Below are positions 63,001-64,000 of a DNA stretch of 64,000 nt, one piece after another (the stretch's first letter is position 1; every line of letters begins with the position of its first letter). The notes below the pieces were generated by a model that ran no database searches, was not told the DNA's origin, and worked only from the letters and a program-made list of their open reading frames with translations. This DNA comes from Callorhinchus milii (taxonomy: Eukaryota). The DNA lies in assembly GCF_018977255.1 (NCBI RefSeq), contig NW_024704742.1, positions 43,898,001 to 43,962,000 of the forward strand, written 5' to 3'. Both the position numbers and the translations under genes were made by a program.

Positions 63001-63653
63001 AGAAACAGTTCAGTAAGTTACAAAATCTATTTTGATGCACTGAAATACATCCACTATAGATATGAACATGCAGAAATACGTTTTATGATCATTTGGAAAC
63101 TAAAAAGTTGGGCTGGCTACATGCGACTTTACTTAAAACAAAACTCAGCTGACTAAACTAGACTCAAACACAGTGACTAATTCCAAACCTCAGAGCTCAT
63201 CAGTAACAAAGCTACGTTCATCACTTTGTTGGATGCAAGGTTACAAGTGTGCAACATTTCATATTATATAGTAGAGATCAAGGATATTAAAGGGCATAGC
63301 ACAGGGACAGTGAGAAAGTCTTTGGCAACAGAAGCCTGACACGATGAGATGAATTGTGACAATCTGGATTATCATACACAAAATGATACTCTTTCTCTCC
63401 CTCGCCAATGTTTGGCAAAAATGTTACAAAAATGGTACTCTTCAAAATGATTTGTGAAACTGTGGGGCATGATTGGAATATATTTTCAGTGTTGAACTGT
63501 ACTAATGATGGCAGTATCGATCACTGACTCTTATACAGTGGTTTACATACCAAAGCAGCACAAGAAAAACCCGTCCATATTGATTTCAGATGAAGACGAA
63601 GCAGAGCTAAAGAGCACGGGACAAGGGCTTCTTCAATGTTAACATTTATGCAC
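59905..63653 (-). CDS. SEL1L3: SEL1L3, last three coding exons; join(complement 63551-63653, 62890-62962, 59905-60059); gene starts beyond the right edge
   Basis: [35 protein letters not shown] / [24 protein letters not shown] / acidic Ser-Thr-rich tail. This resembles the recalled human SEL1L3 C-terminus ([20 protein letters not shown], a TM helix and a low-complexity tail). Phases are consistent and the gene is convergent to SLC34A2 as in human. Confidence 0.88.
60480..60712 (+). mobile_element. Probable RTE-clade LINE remnant
   Basis: Frameshifted ASAAAAQL / RLESKLRIY / KLQSFLNIC, similar to RTE post-RT motifs. Confidence 0.45.
61186..62427 (+). mobile_element. Young L2 LINE, 5'-truncated, in a SEL1L3 intron
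   Basis: [12 protein letters not shown]; 192-aa intact stretch FDPELSF...[13 protein letters not shown]...[15 protein letters not shown]; many CpGs retained; stem-loop and (TTG)n tail. Confidence 0.95.
62890..62962 (-). CDS. SEL1L3: SEL1L3 penultimate coding exon (transmembrane segment)
   Basis: ttttcccccag|TTTTTC...TACAG|gtaatt; 73 nt. Confidence 0.82.
63551..63653 (-). CDS. SEL1L3: SEL1L3 antepenultimate coding exon
   Basis: atcctag|GTGCATA...GCTTTG|gtatgt; 103 nt. Confidence 0.88.
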
Positions 63654-63879
63654 CTAGGATTATGGAGAGAAAACTGGTTATTACATATATTAACCACTTC
63701 ACGCTGGAATGCAAAAATTGTTGTGCTGTTCACATCTTTCAAATTCAGTACAAAATTGGCTGCCTTTCAGTTACTGGTCACAGAGGAATTTGCAAACAAT
63801 CCCTGCAATGTAGCTCTCCCAAGGCTTAGCCAGTTTATTCATTGACTTATTGATCCATGTAGGCTGGCAAGGTCTGATG

Positions 63880-64000
63880 TGTGTGGATGTCAAGTGAGGA
63901 TAGCATTGAGCTCACCTTGTGGGTGAATAGCCTGCCACACTCGTGATCAAGACTCACCACAAGGATAATGGCCAATTGATCAAAGTACTGGAGGCTTCCC
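63880..64000 (+). mobile_element. LF-SINE-like remnant
   Basis: tggatgtcaagtgaggatagcattgagctc...aatagcctgccacactc...aatggccaattg...gtactggagg resembles the recalled LF-SINE body. Confidence 0.5.

Overview
Eukaryotic (vertebrate) genomic DNA, most likely a cartilaginous fish. The SINE, L2 and CR1 families resemble those of chimaeras and sharks; the species is an inference. Three spliced genes are present. (1) The 5' end of ANAPC4 on the minus strand: a CpG/CCAAT promoter and probable exon 1 near 8.2-8.4 kb, four coding exons from 4573 down to 2512, with the gene continuing off the left edge. (2) A complete 12-coding-exon SLC34A2 (NaPi-IIb) on the plus strand: 38936-51294, 1959 nt, 652 aa, all introns GT-AG and in phase. 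(3) The last three coding exons of SEL1L3 on the minus strand (63653 down to 59905). The rest is repeat-rich: many L2 LINE copies and isolated L2 3' tails, tRNA-headed Deu-type SINEs, CR1 fragments, a ~2 kb (TG)-derived satellite in ANAPC4 intron 1, a non-autonomous Helitron-like family, a Penelope-type palindrome with a decayed hammerhead core, an unusual decayed APE-type LINE, and an unclassified ~0.9 kb repeat. The most notable observations are a tandem 5' splice site in ANAPC4 exon 1 that would switch between a uORF and an in-frame N-terminal extension, repeated locally templated insertions at retroelement junctions, a Helitron tail-to-head junction, and ANAPC4 being inverted relative to the human arrangement. 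No prokaryotic-type system (CRISPR, retron or similar) is present.
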